Of a stretch of DNA of 58,342 bases, positions 9,923 to 20,782 are shown in pieces. How positions within the stretch are numbered: position 1 is the stretch's first letter; each line of letters begins with the position of its first letter. The notes beneath the pieces are model-generated. The model searched no databases and had not been told where the DNA came from. It saw only the letters and a program-made list of their open reading frames with translations. Origin of the DNA: a phage; sequence record PZ445426.1. One strand, 5' to 3'. Position numbers and translations under genes: made by a program.

Positions 9923-12900
9923 TGGCCGAAACTGCTTCGCTAGTAATCAGGGTTGACGCGAAAGGGATTAGCACAGCGGACTCCATGCTGCGTAACCTTG
10001 CGCGTACAGGTGACACAGCGGAGCGTTCCGCTCAACGTGTCACATCCAGCTATAAGACATTGTCTAACACATCTAACGAACTTGCAACTGTCACAAGTCG
10101 TTTAGATGCTGCAATTGTAGGAATGATTAGCGTCGACACCATTAACCGTGTTATTTCTCTATCGGACTCCTGGACTATCCTCACCAACAAGCTTGAACTG
10201 GCTCGTACTGGTAATGAAACCGTTGCGGATGCGCAGCAACGCGTGTTTGATATTGCCCAGCGGTCACGTACAAGCTTGGAAGCAACTGCAACTCTATATT
10301 CCCGTCTCCAGCGTGCAATGAAGAATACTGGTATGACGGGTATGGAGCTTGGACGTATCACTGAAACAATTAACAAAGCGATGATTGTTTCCGGTGCAAC
10401 GTCACATGAAGCAAGTGCCGCCCTTATTCAGTTTTCGCAAGCAATGGCATCCGGTGTTTTGCGCGGGGATGAATTCCGTTCTGTTGCAGAACAAGGCCCG
10501 CGCTTAACTCAAATCATGTCCGATGCGTTAGGTGTTACCATTGGACAATTGCGTGAAATGGCGTACAGCGGCAAGTTAACCGCTGATGTGGTTATCAAAT
10601 CGTTGTCTGGTGCTGCGGATACAATTGATAAAGAATTCAGCCGCACTATGCCAACGTTCAACCAGCAATGGACAATTGCGACAAACAACCTAACTAAGTT
10701 TATGGGCGAATCCCAAAAGACTCAAGGTGCGGTTGCTGCATTGGGACAGACGTTTGTTGCATTATCCAAAAACTTAGGAACGGTTGTAACGGTTGGTTCA
10801 GCTTTAGCCACAGTGATTACTGCCCGTATTATTACGGCAATGCTTGCTAAGACTAAAGCGTCTATAGCTGCTGCAAAAGCATCACAGATGGAAGCTGCAC
10901 AAACAGCGGCAACTACTGCGGTGATGCAAAGCTCTATTGGCGTTACCGTGCAGAAAGCGGCTGCGGATCGTGCTGCTTCTCTTGCAGCGTTACAGGTTGC
11001 TCGCGGGTCATTAGCGGTTGCTAAAGGTACAGCAGCGGAAGCAGGTGCACGTCTTGCGCTTATTAACGCCACCCGTGCGCATTCTGCGGCAATTATGGCG
11101 GACGTACAAGCGCGGCAAGCGCTCAATGCTGCGCTTAATGCAACTGTACCAGCCGCAAGCCGGGCAGCTACAGCAATGAGCGTGCTGCGCGGTGCTATGG
11201 GGTTAATTGGCGGTCCTGTTGGTGTAGCAATGCTGGCAGCGGGTGCAATTTACTCCTATAAAGCATCGCTGGAAGCTGGTCGTGCGGAAAACAATCAGTT
11301 TGCGGATAGTGTTGATTCTGTACGCGAGAAACTGATGCAGATGACAGAAGCTCAGTTGGCAGCTAACGCAGTTAAAGCTCGCGCAATCCTCCCCGAACTT
11401 GAAGAGCAAATGAAGCGGGAGCAAACTGCTCTTAAATCTGCAACGGAAACGCAGAAGTTCTATGAAGCACAATTAAAACGTCGTGCTGCGTCCGGTCGTG
11501 ATACAGCTAGTGCCGAGAAAAATTTACAGATTGCTACGGATAACGTCAAGCTTGCTGCTGAACGTGCTGAAGAAGCTCAACGCCGTTACAACAATGTCTT
11601 AGAAATGACAAGCCCTGCTATCGAGAAGATAATTCCGTTAGCTCGTCAGCTTGCAGCGGATATGAAAGCAGTGCTTAATATCAAATCCGGTCCGCTTATT
11701 GACGAGAAAGTGCTTGATCGTTTTAAAGGTCAGTTAGGTGACGTTAACCGTGAGATTGATGTTAACACGGTTAAGGGTGCTGGCAATGCTCGCCAAGCTG
11801 CAATCCTTAGTGGACTGTATCAGACGCTGGGCAAGGATGCGGATACATACGGAAGTCTTATTCGCAAAGTAGCTATGGGCCAGGATGTTAGCTCTGAAGC
11901 AACAAGCGAGTCCGCAAAAGAACTTGTTAAATATGCTCAAGAGCTAGCGGAAGCTTACGGCAAGAATTATGATCTCGAGGAAGCGGAGAGGAACCGAACT
12001 AAAGCGACAAAAGACGGTATTAAAGCAGAACAACAGAACGCCAAAGTTATTGACGATTTACGCAACAAGCTTAACGAAGTAACTACAGGAGTTAAAGAAA
12101 ACGCTAAAGCTAAAGCGCAAGCTGTGGCACTTAATAAGCTCAATGCGTCTGCAACGGCTGCGGAAAAAGCGGAAGTTGTTAGTCTTGCTGCTGCAATTTA
12201 CGATGCAGAAGAAGCTCAAAAGAAACTGGACGAGCGTAAAAAGAATCGTAAGTTTGCTCAGGGTCTGTTAGATGAAGGTATGACAGACTATGAAAAAATC
12301 GCGTACGAGCAAAATACTAAGATTGCTGAGCTTACTGCTAAACAACGAGCGGATGACCTAGCTTACTATCAACTTTATGAGGATGCTAAAACTCAAGTCC
12401 TGAAGAAAGCAAGCATGGAAAGGGAAAATCTGGATAAAGTTCTTATGAACCGAATGATATCCTTTTCTCAGGAATCGTTGGGTATTATACTGTCAGGGCT
12501 GGAAGAAGGTGTTAGTAAACAGAACTTTATTTATAAGGCAATGTTTGCCGCACAGAAAGCAATGCAAATCCCGTCAATCCTTGCTAACACGGAAACGGCA
12601 GCATCCGCAGCGCTTGCATGGGGTACACAGCAAGGCGGTGCTACAATGGGCGCGGCTATGGCTGGAATTGTTAAAGCTATGGGTTATGCGTCCGCTGCTA
12701 CTGTGGGTGGCTTAGCAATCGCTGGCATGGCACACGATGGTATTGATAATGTTCCACGCGAAGGTACATGGTTATTGGATAAAGGTGAACGCGTACTTAA
12801 TGCTCCGTCTAATGACAAGTTAAACCGCTTCCTGGATAGCCAAGCTTCACAACAAGGTGGCGTGAATATGTCTGGTGGTGTTAGCATTGTCCAGTATATC

Positions 12901-13038
12901 ACGGTGCAAGGGAATGGCGATGCTGCACTCACGCAAGCCATGCAGCAAGCGGCTCGTGATGGTGCGGAGCAGGGATATAATAAAGTTCTTACAGACTTTG
13001 CATCCCGAGGAACAATTCGTAGAACTGCAATGGGGTAA
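9922..13038 (+). CDS. tail tape measure protein
   Basis: 1038-aa Ala/Gln-rich, largely helical protein after the chaperone pair; largest tail gene. Confidence 0.8.
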   Translation: MAETASLVIRVDAKGISTADSMLRNLARTGDTAERSAQRVTSSYKTLSNTSNELATVTSRLDAAIVGMISVDTINRVISLSDSWTILTNKLELARTGNETVADAQQRVFDIAQRSRTSLEATATLYSRLQRAMKNTGMTGMELGRITETINKAMIVSGATSHEASAALIQFSQAMASGVLRGDEFRSVAEQGPRLTQIMSDALGVTIGQLREMAYSGKLTADVVIKSLSGAADTIDKEFSRTMPTFNQQWTIATNNLTKFMGESQKTQGAVAALGQTFVALSKNLGTVVTVGSALATVITARIITAMLAKTKASIAAAKASQMEAAQTAATTAVMQSSIGVTVQKAAADRAASLAALQVARGSLAVAKGTAAEAGARLALINATRAHSAAIMADVQARQALNAALNATVPAASRAATAMSVLRGAMGLIGGPVGVAMLAAGAIYSYKASLEAGRAENNQFADSVDSVREKLMQMTEAQLAANAVKARAILPELEEQMKREQTALKSATETQKFYEAQLKRRAASGRDTASAEKNLQIATDNVKLAAERAEEAQRRYNNVLEMTSPAIEKIIPLARQLAADMKAVLNIKSGPLIDEKVLDRFKGQLGDVNREIDVNTVKGAGNARQAAILSGLYQTLGKDADTYGSLIRKVAMGQDVSSEATSESAKELVKYAQELAEAYGKNYDLEEAERNRTKATKDGIKAEQQNAKVIDDLRNKLNEVTTGVKENAKAKAQAVALNKLNASATAAEKAEVVSLAAAIYDAEEAQKKLDERKKNRKFAQGLLDEGMTDYEKIAYEQNTKIAELTAKQRADDLAYYQLYEDAKTQVLKKASMERENLDKVLMNRMISFSQESLGIILSGLEEGVSKQNFIYKAMFAAQKAMQIPSILANTETAASAALAWGTQQGGATMGAAMAGIVKAMGYASAATVGGLAIAGMAHDGIDNVPREGTWLLDKGERVLNAPSNDKLNRFLDSQASQQGGVNMSGGVSIVQYITVQGNGDAALTQAMQQAARDGAEQGYNKVLTDFASRGTIRRTAMG

Positions 13039-13041
13039 TAT

Positions 13042-13626
13042 ATGCTCACTTGGCCTGAAGAGCTTAGACCATCGGAAATGGAATGGTATCTAGTTTCAAA
13101 CGCTGTAGAATTTACAAGCCCCTTCAATGGGGCTTCCCAAACTGTGTCATATCCCGGATCTCGTTGGGAAGCGACACTGACATTTAGCAACTTAAATGAC
13201 TGGCAATCCAGAAAGCTTGAATCAACGTTAGCTAAACTTGATGGCAAAGCTGGTCGCATTATGCTTCAGGATTTTGGTCGCTGGGGTAGGCCTCCAATGG
13301 GATTACCTGTGGTTAATGGCGCAAATAACACTGGGACAACTTTATCAACTAAGGGTTGGACTCCTGACCGTAAGGTATTATGGGAAGGGGACTATATCGC
13401 AGTAAACAATGAATTAAAATTGATAACAGAAGATGCTTGGAGTGATTCTTCTGGTAACGTGATTTTAAATATTGCCCCAATGTTAAGAAGCATCCCTCCA
13501 AACGGTGCAAAGATTGAGACTCAGAAACCACAAGGATCTTTCCGTTTAGCCGAAAACACAAATGGAGTTAAACGTCAACCTGCATTTAATAACTCCTTTA
13601 CTTTAAAATTCTCGGAGGCGTTCTAA
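13042..13626 (+). CDS. minor tail protein (distal tail, by position)
   Basis: 194-aa ORF directly after tape measure. Confidence 0.45.
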   Translation: MLTWPEELRPSEMEWYLVSNAVEFTSPFNGASQTVSYPGSRWEATLTFSNLNDWQSRKLESTLAKLDGKAGRIMLQDFGRWGRPPMGLPVVNGANNTGTTLSTKGWTPDRKVLWEGDYIAVNNELKLITEDAWSDSSGNVILNIAPMLRSIPPNGAKIETQKPQGSFRLAENTNGVKRQPAFNNSFTLKFSEAF

Positions 13627-14210
13627 TGTTATTCAGTCCGTTTAGCGATAGCCTTCTTAGCGCAATGGAGCAACCAAACGTTGCGCTAGTGTTGGCAGCG
13701 GAAATAGACTTCCCTTCCGGTATCACTCGCGTGCATACTGGAACAGGAACTGTTATTATCAATGGTCAGACTTTTCTTGGTGTAGGTACTCTAGGGGATG
13801 TTGGATCGGTTACAGAAGAAAACAGCACAAGCTCAAGCACTATGTCCATGGCACTTAGCGGTCTGGATATGAGTCTTGTAGGGGAGACGTTAAACGAAGA
13901 AGTTATTGGCCGCAATGTTATTTGCTATCTTGCGGTTATGAACGATCAAGGCGTTGTCACTGGTGCAAACGTATTATTTGAAGGGTTTATTACAGATACA
14001 GCTTTACAAGCAGGGCAACAAAATGCTTTGAGCTATGTTATTGCCAATGTCTTTGAGCGTTGGTCACAAGGTTTACCGGATCGCTATACAGATGAAAGTC
14101 AACAACGTTTACATCCAGGTGATCGGTTCTTTAGATATGTTGCACAAATGGCTGAACGTTCAATCTTTTGGGGGAGTAAAAAAGATGCGCCAGGGTTCAC
14201 GTATGAGTAA
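13626..14210 (+). CDS. minor tail protein
   Basis: 194-aa ORF; GGAGG RBS; start overlaps upstream stop. Confidence 0.45.
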   Translation: MLFSPFSDSLLSAMEQPNVALVLAAEIDFPSGITRVHTGTGTVIINGQTFLGVGTLGDVGSVTEENSTSSSTMSMALSGLDMSLVGETLNEEVIGRNVICYLAVMNDQGVVTGANVLFEGFITDTALQAGQQNALSYVIANVFERWSQGLPDRYTDESQQRLHPGDRFFRYVAQMAERSIFWGSKKDAPGFTYE

Positions 14211-14619
14211 AATGCCAGGATGGCAAACACGTTTATTAACCACAGTAAAGGAGTTGGCATCGACTCCTTTTTCTTGGGGCGAAAACGATTGCTGTACGTT
14301 TGCCGCTAAATGTGTTGATGCACAATACAACACAAATATTTATAATCAGATAGCAGGTAAATATAGCACAGAGCTTGGAAGCAAGAGATTCTCAATTGAA
14401 AAAGTCGGGACAGCTTATCTTCCAACCTTGCTTGACGCTTACCTGAGTGAGCGTGTTGATAAGAACTTTGCACAAAGAGGAGATGTGGTTACATTTGAGG
14501 GAGCATTGGGCTTAACTGCTGGCATATTATGGACGGGATATGTATGGGCTATGGGTCCGAACGGTGTGGAAACTTTCCCGCTTAATAAGACCAAAATCAC
14601 GGATATTTGGAGGGTCTAA
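14185..14619 (+). CDS. tail assembly protein, possible NlpC/P60-like cysteine peptidase (lambda K-like)
   Basis: internal ATG at 14185 with GGGGAG RBS preferred over track start 14035; Cys-containing ENDCCTFAAKC segment; position before J-like gene. Confidence 0.35.
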   Translation: MRQGSRMSKMPGWQTRLLTTVKELASTPFSWGENDCCTFAAKCVDAQYNTNIYNQIAGKYSTELGSKRFSIEKVGTAYLPTLLDAYLSERVDKNFAQRGDVVTFEGALGLTAGILWTGYVWAMGPNGVETFPLNKTKITDIWRV

Positions 14620-17258
14620 TGCCACCAGCAATAATTGGAGCAGCAATAGCTTTAGGTGCTTCCGCTGCCGCTGCGGCGGGGTGGATTGCTACGGGTGTAG
14701 CTTTAGCTATTGGTATGGCTGCAACTGCGGCGGGTGCTCTTTTAACTAAGACACCTAATATGAACTTTAATGCTTATAAAGGTCAACAAGAGCGTAAACA
14801 GGTTTTACGAGCAGCCGCAGCGTCTCGAACAGTAGTGTATGGCACAACGGTCGCTTCCGGAGTTATGACGTTTGCTGAGGAGCAGCCTGGAGATCAGGAC
14901 GAAGACGAACTCCTGCATATGGCTCTTGTTGTAGCTTCACATCCATTGGAGGGAATTGGTGATATTTGGCTTGGGGATGACCTTGTACAGACTTTCGAAC
15001 AGTATGTTACTTGGGAATTCCATAACGACCGTCAGACTGTAGATCCATTTATGTTAAGCAATTGCCCTTCCTGGAAAGAGGATATGATCGGGAAAGGGAT
15101 TGCATGGCTTCGTATTAGCTTTAAATTTAATGCGGAAAAATTCCCGTCTGGTTTGCCAAATATTAAGCTTCTTAAAAGAGGTCGCCGTGTATATGATCCT
15201 CGTTCTGGTTATACCATATTTAGCGATAATGCAGCGTTAGTGATACTTGATTACTTCCGCACGTATTTAAAGCGCAAAGATGAAGATATTAACTGGGACC
15301 AATTCAAAGAAGCGGCTAACATCTGTGATGAATACGTCAATAACGCTGATGGTTCTACAGAGCGCCGTTATAAAATCAACGGTGAATTTGAAGTAGATGA
15401 AGCCCCATCCAAAATTCTGGATGCTATGTTGCAAGCTTGTGGTGGTGAGCTAACGTATGTAGCGGGTAAACACGGTCTTCTGGTTGGCGCATATTACGGC
15501 CCAGCAACAATGACGCTGGACGAAAGTTGTATTGCTGGGGATATTAAAATTGTTCCAGAGACTTCTTATAAGGAGCGCACCAACACCATCACAGGGACAT
15601 TTATTGATCCAAAGCAAAACTATGTTGAAGCGGACTTTCCTCCAGTTGTGGTTAAGGAATGGGTGGAAAAGGACGGCGGTGAAATAACGCAAGACATGGA
15701 TTTCCGATTTGTAACAAGTGAATATCAAGCCCAACGTTTGTCTAATATTATTCTACGTCGTAAACGTGTTGGCCGTACAATTGAAATTCCTTGTAACATG
15801 AAGGGTTATAAATTTCGTCCAGGAATGTATGTAAAAGTCACCATTACGCAGATTGGCATGAAGAATGTTGAAATGCGCGTTACTAAATGGTCTTTTAACC
15901 CTAAAGGTGGTGTTAACCTTACACTACGTCAAGATTTCCTGGAAATGTGGGACGATGCAATTGGTAAGCCTATGGACAGACCAGATCTTGTAGACTTGCC
16001 AAGTGGTGGTGTTGCCCAACCTCAAAATCTTCAATACCAGATATTGCAGATTAGTGATGTGGTACAGGGGGTATTATCCTGGACCAACATGGGGCAAGTT
16101 GCATATAACCGCGTAGCTGTGCGACAGGGAGGTGTCACTATTTGGACAGCACAAGTCCCCGGCCAAAGCGTTCGTGTCACTGGGTTGCTGCGTGGGTCGT
16201 ATACTGCGCACGTTCAAGCTGTATCGCACAGTGGCGCAATATCACCGGAAGCTTATCTGGAGTTTAATATTCAAGCCCCACCGCCGCCTTCATCTGTCGA
16301 AATACAGAACGGTTATTTTTCTTTAACTCTTATACCAAAGATTGCAGAGCTCACTAGTGTTAGCACACAATTTGATTTCTGGACGTCTGGTGAAACAAAA
16401 CTGCCGTCTGCTAATACAGATGTTGTTGAGCGCGATGCCACCCGTGAAGGTATGGGAACTATATGGCAGAAAAATAACTTACTCAATGACCACACTTATT
16501 ACTGGTATGTAAGAACTATCAATGCCTTTGGGTCGTCCTCGTTTGTGGAAGTTGAAGCTCGTGTATGGGCAGAAACTGCACAGATCATAGAAATTATGGA
16601 TAAAGAGTTTCAAGAAACTGAAACTTTCAAAAACCTCATGGAGACTGTGCAAAAGGTTGATGACGGTGTAACGGAATTGTCCAAAGTAGTTGAAGGACAA
16701 GCTACAAAAATTGAATCGGTTCAGAGTAGTGTGGGTGATGTTGTTGTTACCGTGCAAGAGCAATCGCAAGCACTAGCAGATCTTAATGGTAAACTTTCTG
16801 CTCAATGGGGACAAAAGGTTCAAATAGACAATAATGGTAACAAATATGTTGCAGGTATGCAGTTAGGTATTGAAGGTAGCGGAGGACAATTCCAGTCTTA
16901 CTTTATGGTGAGCGCGGATAACTTTGCTATTTATAATCCTGTAGCAGGAGCAGCACAGCTTGCATTCGCTATTAAAAACGGTCAAAGTTTCTTGCGAGAA
17001 GCGTTTATTGAAAACGGATCGATTACTAACGCTAAGATTGGTAATGTTATCCAGTCCAATAACTGGAATGGTAACGATCAAGGTTGGGCAATTACAAAAG
17101 ACGGTTATTGCGTATTTAATAACGTGACCGTCAGAGGGACCGTTGTTGCTAACGCTGGTCAATTTGGTTTCAATGGAAATGGAGGTATTACAATTGATAG
17201 TAACGGTATTCGTGTTCCGCTATCAGGTGGTGGTGTTGTCATAGTGGGACGATGGTAA
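14619..17258 (+). CDS. tail tip / host specificity protein (lambda J-like)
   Basis: 879 aa from ATG 14619 (GGAGGG RBS; track start 14607 is TTG); hydrophobic Ala/Gly-rich N-terminus, FN3-like segment, large size. Confidence 0.55.
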   Translation: MPPAIIGAAIALGASAAAAAGWIATGVALAIGMAATAAGALLTKTPNMNFNAYKGQQERKQVLRAAAASRTVVYGTTVASGVMTFAEEQPGDQDEDELLHMALVVASHPLEGIGDIWLGDDLVQTFEQYVTWEFHNDRQTVDPFMLSNCPSWKEDMIGKGIAWLRISFKFNAEKFPSGLPNIKLLKRGRRVYDPRSGYTIFSDNAALVILDYFRTYLKRKDEDINWDQFKEAANICDEYVNNADGSTERRYKINGEFEVDEAPSKILDAMLQACGGELTYVAGKHGLLVGAYYGPATMTLDESCIAGDIKIVPETSYKERTNTITGTFIDPKQNYVEADFPPVVVKEWVEKDGGEITQDMDFRFVTSEYQAQRLSNIILRRKRVGRTIEIPCNMKGYKFRPGMYVKVTITQIGMKNVEMRVTKWSFNPKGGVNLTLRQDFLEMWDDAIGKPMDRPDLVDLPSGGVAQPQNLQYQILQISDVVQGVLSWTNMGQVAYNRVAVRQGGVTIWTAQVPGQSVRVTGLLRGSYTAHVQAVSHSGAISPEAYLEFNIQAPPPPSSVEIQNGYFSLTLIPKIAELTSVSTQFDFWTSGETKLPSANTDVVERDATREGMGTIWQKNNLLNDHTYYWYVRTINAFGSSSFVEVEARVWAETAQIIEIMDKEFQETETFKNLMETVQKVDDGVTELSKVVEGQATKIESVQSSVGDVVVTVQEQSQALADLNGKLSAQWGQKVQIDNNGNKYVAGMQLGIEGSGGQFQSYFMVSADNFAIYNPVAGAAQLAFAIKNGQSFLREAFIENGSITNAKIGNVIQSNNWNGNDQGWAITKDGYCVFNNVTVRGTVVANAGQFGFNGNGGITIDSNGIRVPLSGGGVVIVGRW

Positions 17259-17268
17259 TGAAATATTT

Positions 17269-17290
17269 AAACGGGGCATGTGCCCCGTTT
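17269..17290. terminator. bidirectional terminator, perfect 22-bp palindrome AAACGGGGCATGTGCCCCGTTT
   Basis: read directly between convergent stops at 17258 (+) and 17292 (-). Confidence 0.6.
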
Positions 17291-17291
17291 A

Positions 17292-18293
17292 TTAATACAT
17301 ATTTGGTATAGCGATAGCTGGAGTAGGGATGATAATATTTCTTTCTGGTGGTCTTAAAGAAGGGGAATAGAAGTTACCAATCACTTTATTTCTTTCAGCT
17401 CTTACCTGATTATTATACATATAAACGCCATTATAACGAACATGGTCATACCCGCCATTATAGACGTTGCGCATACCGTAAAAAGCAAGCTGAATTAACC
17501 TGTTACCTATGTCTTGGTTACTTCCCGATAAAATTAAAGTCCTGTCGAATAAGAATGGTTTTCTCACTGTAGAAAATGTGACTTGCCCAATATTGTTTGT
17601 CATTGTAATACCGTCGCCAGGTGACGGTGGAGTATTATTAAAGATTACCAGCTCCATTGTAACGCTACCAGCAACGTCGTCTCGACCCGTATACGCAATG
17701 TTGCGGACTATAATGTTAGAACCATCAAAGCCAACAGAAACGTTTGGATCGCTCCATCTTGCAAACGGGATACCGGATACAGGTAGTTGCAGACTGCCAT
17801 TGACTGTAACCGTACCAGCGTATTGACAAGTCATTAGCTTTGCATTATTAGAGATTGCTGTAAAATCCGTAGAGTTAGATACATATAGACCTGTATTATA
17901 ATTGGCGGCAGGTAATACCTCCATAATTGAACCCGCCCATTGCGGTAGTTTTCCGGTATACCCAAAAGGATTACCACCCCTTAAGACAACTCCAGAATTA
18001 CCGTTCCTGGAAATAGAGGATATATAGAAAGGTGATGCGACAACTAAACCTTGATCGTAAACTTCAATAATTTCAACTGGCCTTGTTGGAATTACAAAAA
18101 TCTCAGACCCGTTAGTGAGAGGGGTATTAATGACTAACGTTTGATCGGATTGACAGCGCTGATCAAATTTAGCGCAAAAGGACAAGGCCCGTAAACCTGA
18201 TGTTATTTCCATTGCAGGTCTACCGTCATTGTAGTCTATATAAATACCCTCTGGCATAATTACTCCAACAATGTGGTTAAAGATGATAGACAA
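17292..18293 (-). CDS. hypothetical protein, inverted gene inside tail module
   Basis: 333-aa ORF on the opposite strand to all neighbouring tail genes; AT-rich divergent region upstream. Confidence 0.5.
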   Translation of the reverse strand: MSIIFNHIVGVIMPEGIYIDYNDGRPAMEITSGLRALSFCAKFDQRCQSDQTLVINTPLTNGSEIFVIPTRPVEIIEVYDQGLVVASPFYISSISRNGNSGVVLRGGNPFGYTGKLPQWAGSIMEVLPAANYNTGLYVSNSTDFTAISNNAKLMTCQYAGTVTVNGSLQLPVSGIPFARWSDPNVSVGFDGSNIIVRNIAYTGRDDVAGSVTMELVIFNNTPPSPGDGITMTNNIGQVTFSTVRKPFLFDRTLILSGSNQDIGNRLIQLAFYGMRNVYNGGYDHVRYNGVYMYNNQVRAERNKVIGNFYSPSLRPPERNIIIPTPAIAIPNMY

Positions 18294-18381
18294 TATTGTT
18301 TTATATTCTAATTTAATTTACCATATTTGTATGCCATAGTGCATCCATTAATTAATCAACTCTGCGAAACAAGAGGTAAAA

Positions 18382-20508
18382 ATGGCAACTCGTCTACATG
18401 GTATTCTGATGGATGGTTTAAATAAACCAATCATCAACGCTACAGTTGCTCTTATTGCTAAAGGGAACACAATTACCGTTCTTAATGGTAGTGAGGCTAT
18501 ATTTCGCACTGACGGATCCGGTGCGTATAATGTAACTGTCCAGACTGGTCATTATAAAGTAATCATCGGACCTCAAGGTATTGAGCCTTATAAAGCTGGG
18601 GAAATCGTCATTTATGGCGATAGTCCTGAAGGTTCGCTGAACGGATATTTAATTAACTGGGCACCGGAAGAATTAACTCCGGACGTTATTAAACAAGTCC
18701 AGCAACTTGTAGCTAACTCTGAGGAATACGCTCTGCAAGCTGGACGGTCTGCTGCTGCTGCAAACGCAGACGCTACAGACGCACGTAACAGCAAAGCGTC
18801 CGCTGCCTCTTCTGCAAGTGAAGCACTTACATATAAGAACGATTCTAAAGCTAACGCAGATGCAGCTAAACAAGCCCAGTCCAGTGCTGCGGGCTCTGCT
18901 AACACTGCAACCCAAGCTGTAACCACAATAACAAATCTCAAAAAGGATGTTGAAAAGTTAAAGTCGGATACACAGACTATTAAGAATAGTGCAGTAAGCG
19001 AGACGCAAGCAATTAAGGACACCGCTGTGTCCGAAACTACCGCGCTAAAAGACGCTGCTGCTGCTTCAGCTACGAAAGCAGCTAATAGCGCCACCGAAGC
19101 TGGAAAACAAGCAGGCAACGCAGGTACAAGCGCAACAAACGCTAAGAACCACGCAGACCGTGCAAAGACAGAAGCTGACCGTGCGGAAGCTGCTGCCAAC
19201 GATGCACCAGAAATCCAGCCGCTGCCTGATGTGTGGATACCATTTAACGATTCGCTGGATATGATTACGGGCTTTTCGCCATCATATAAAAAAATTGTTA
19301 TTGGTGACGATGAAATAACGATGCCTGGCGACAAGATTGTTAAGTTTAAACGTGCATCGAAAGCAACCTATATTAACAAATCTGGTGTGCTGACAGAGGC
19401 TGCCATTGACGAGCCACGATTTGAACGTGATGGTCTGCTTATTGAGGGGCAAAGAACAAACTACATGCTCAATTCGGAAAGTCCAGATTCTTGGGGTAAA
19501 TCTGCAAATATAAATGTCGCTGATGTTGGAACGGATAGTTTTGGTTTTACTTATGGAAAGTTTGTTTGTAATGATTCATTAATTGGGCAAAGTACAACCC
19601 TTAATATGGCATCAGTTTCAAACGCTGGGGCTGTCGATGTATCTGGCGATAATAAGTATGTGACAACATCGTTGAGATTCAAAACGGATGTTGAGCTCCA
19701 GTTAAGGATTAGGTTTGAAGCATTCGATGGCAGCACTACATCTAATCTTGGATATGTTATTGTTAATACACAGTCTTTATCAGTTAACATGAGCGGTGTA
19801 GCTGCCAGCAGGATTACCGCACGAGTCAACAAAGATGAAGCTACTGGTTGGATTTTTGTAGAGGCAACGATTCAAGCAATTGAAGAAATGTACATAACCT
19901 CTGCAATACAATATGTATCAAAAGCTGGTGGTGTTATTGAATCTGGTGACTATATTTATCTGGCCACTCCTCAGGTTGAGGATGGTTTGTGTGCATCATC
20001 TTTTATTATATCAGGAAAGACGGCGGCGACGCGCGCAAGCGATATGGTTACAGTTCCGATTAAGAATAATCTTTATAATCTTCCTTTTACGGTTCTTTGT
20101 GAGGTACATAAGAATTGGTACAAAACACCGAACGCAGCACCGCGAGTTTTTGATACTGGAGGTCATCAAACTGGAGCAGCAATCATTCTTGCATTTGGTT
20201 CTTCAGCAGATTACGATGGGTTTCCATATTGCGATATTGGTAGGTCTAACAGACGGATAAACGAAAATGCATCACTTGAAAAAATGGTTATGGGGATGCG
20301 TGTAAAGTCTGATCAGTCTACATGCGCAGTAAGTAACGGGCGTATATCTAGTGAAACAAAGACAACTTGGACTTATATTCAAAGCTCTGCAACCATTCGT
20401 ATTGGTGGTCAGACAACAACGGGGCAGCGTCATTTATTCGGGCATGTCAGAAATTTTCGAGTATGGCATAAAGCATTGACTGACCGTGAATTGAAGGAGT
20501 CTGTATGA
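18382..20508 (+). CDS. tail fibre protein
   Basis: 708 aa; N-terminal Ala/Ser/Thr/Asn-rich repetitive shaft-like region typical of side tail fibres; own RBS after AT-rich intergenic region. Confidence 0.6.
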   Translation: MATRLHGILMDGLNKPIINATVALIAKGNTITVLNGSEAIFRTDGSGAYNVTVQTGHYKVIIGPQGIEPYKAGEIVIYGDSPEGSLNGYLINWAPEELTPDVIKQVQQLVANSEEYALQAGRSAAAANADATDARNSKASAASSASEALTYKNDSKANADAAKQAQSSAAGSANTATQAVTTITNLKKDVEKLKSDTQTIKNSAVSETQAIKDTAVSETTALKDAAAASATKAANSATEAGKQAGNAGTSATNAKNHADRAKTEADRAEAAANDAPEIQPLPDVWIPFNDSLDMITGFSPSYKKIVIGDDEITMPGDKIVKFKRASKATYINKSGVLTEAAIDEPRFERDGLLIEGQRTNYMLNSESPDSWGKSANINVADVGTDSFGFTYGKFVCNDSLIGQSTTLNMASVSNAGAVDVSGDNKYVTTSLRFKTDVELQLRIRFEAFDGSTTSNLGYVIVNTQSLSVNMSGVAASRITARVNKDEATGWIFVEATIQAIEEMYITSAIQYVSKAGGVIESGDYIYLATPQVEDGLCASSFIISGKTAATRASDMVTVPIKNNLYNLPFTVLCEVHKNWYKTPNAAPRVFDTGGHQTGAAIILAFGSSADYDGFPYCDIGRSNRRINENASLEKMVMGMRVKSDQSTCAVSNGRISSETKTTWTYIQSSATIRIGGQTTTGQRHLFGHVRNFRVWHKALTDRELKESV

Positions 20509-20780
20509 AAGACTTAACGATGAAATTTAAGGATAAGAAAGCATTTGAAGATTTTCTTGTGGTTATTGATTGGGAAGGCAATGAAACTTTGCAAAATCAA
20601 ATAATGCTTGATGTCATAGGTTACACCTATGCCGAAGTTGAAAGTTTATCGGATGAACCAACACATATTCAAAATAAAGGATATTATGTAAACGTAAGGA
20701 TTATTGATGACTCATTTGATTTTACACAGTACAGTAACCACCGTGTCATTCTTGAGCAACCTTTAAGGGAGTGGGCATAA
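20505..20780 (+). CDS. hypothetical protein (possible tail fibre assembly factor)
   Basis: 91-aa ORF whose ATG overlaps the tail fibre stop (ATGA). Confidence 0.4.
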   Translation: MKDLTMKFKDKKAFEDFLVVIDWEGNETLQNQIMLDVIGYTYAEVESLSDEPTHIQNKGYYVNVRIIDDSFDFTQYSNHRVILEQPLREWA

Positions 20781-20782
20781 TT

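Noticed and set aside
10722-11126. 134-aa minus-strand ORF inside the tape measure gene
   Set aside because: Antisense shadow of an Ala-rich coding region; no RBS and wholly contained in a much longer plus-strand gene
14035-14184. N-terminal 50 codons of ORF 14035..14619
   Set aside because: Overlaps the upstream gene; internal ATG at 14185 has a strong GGGGAG RBS
18612-19334. 240-aa minus-strand ORF inside the tail fibre gene
   Set aside because: Mirror image of the Ala/Ser-rich repetitive shaft region; low-complexity antisense ORF
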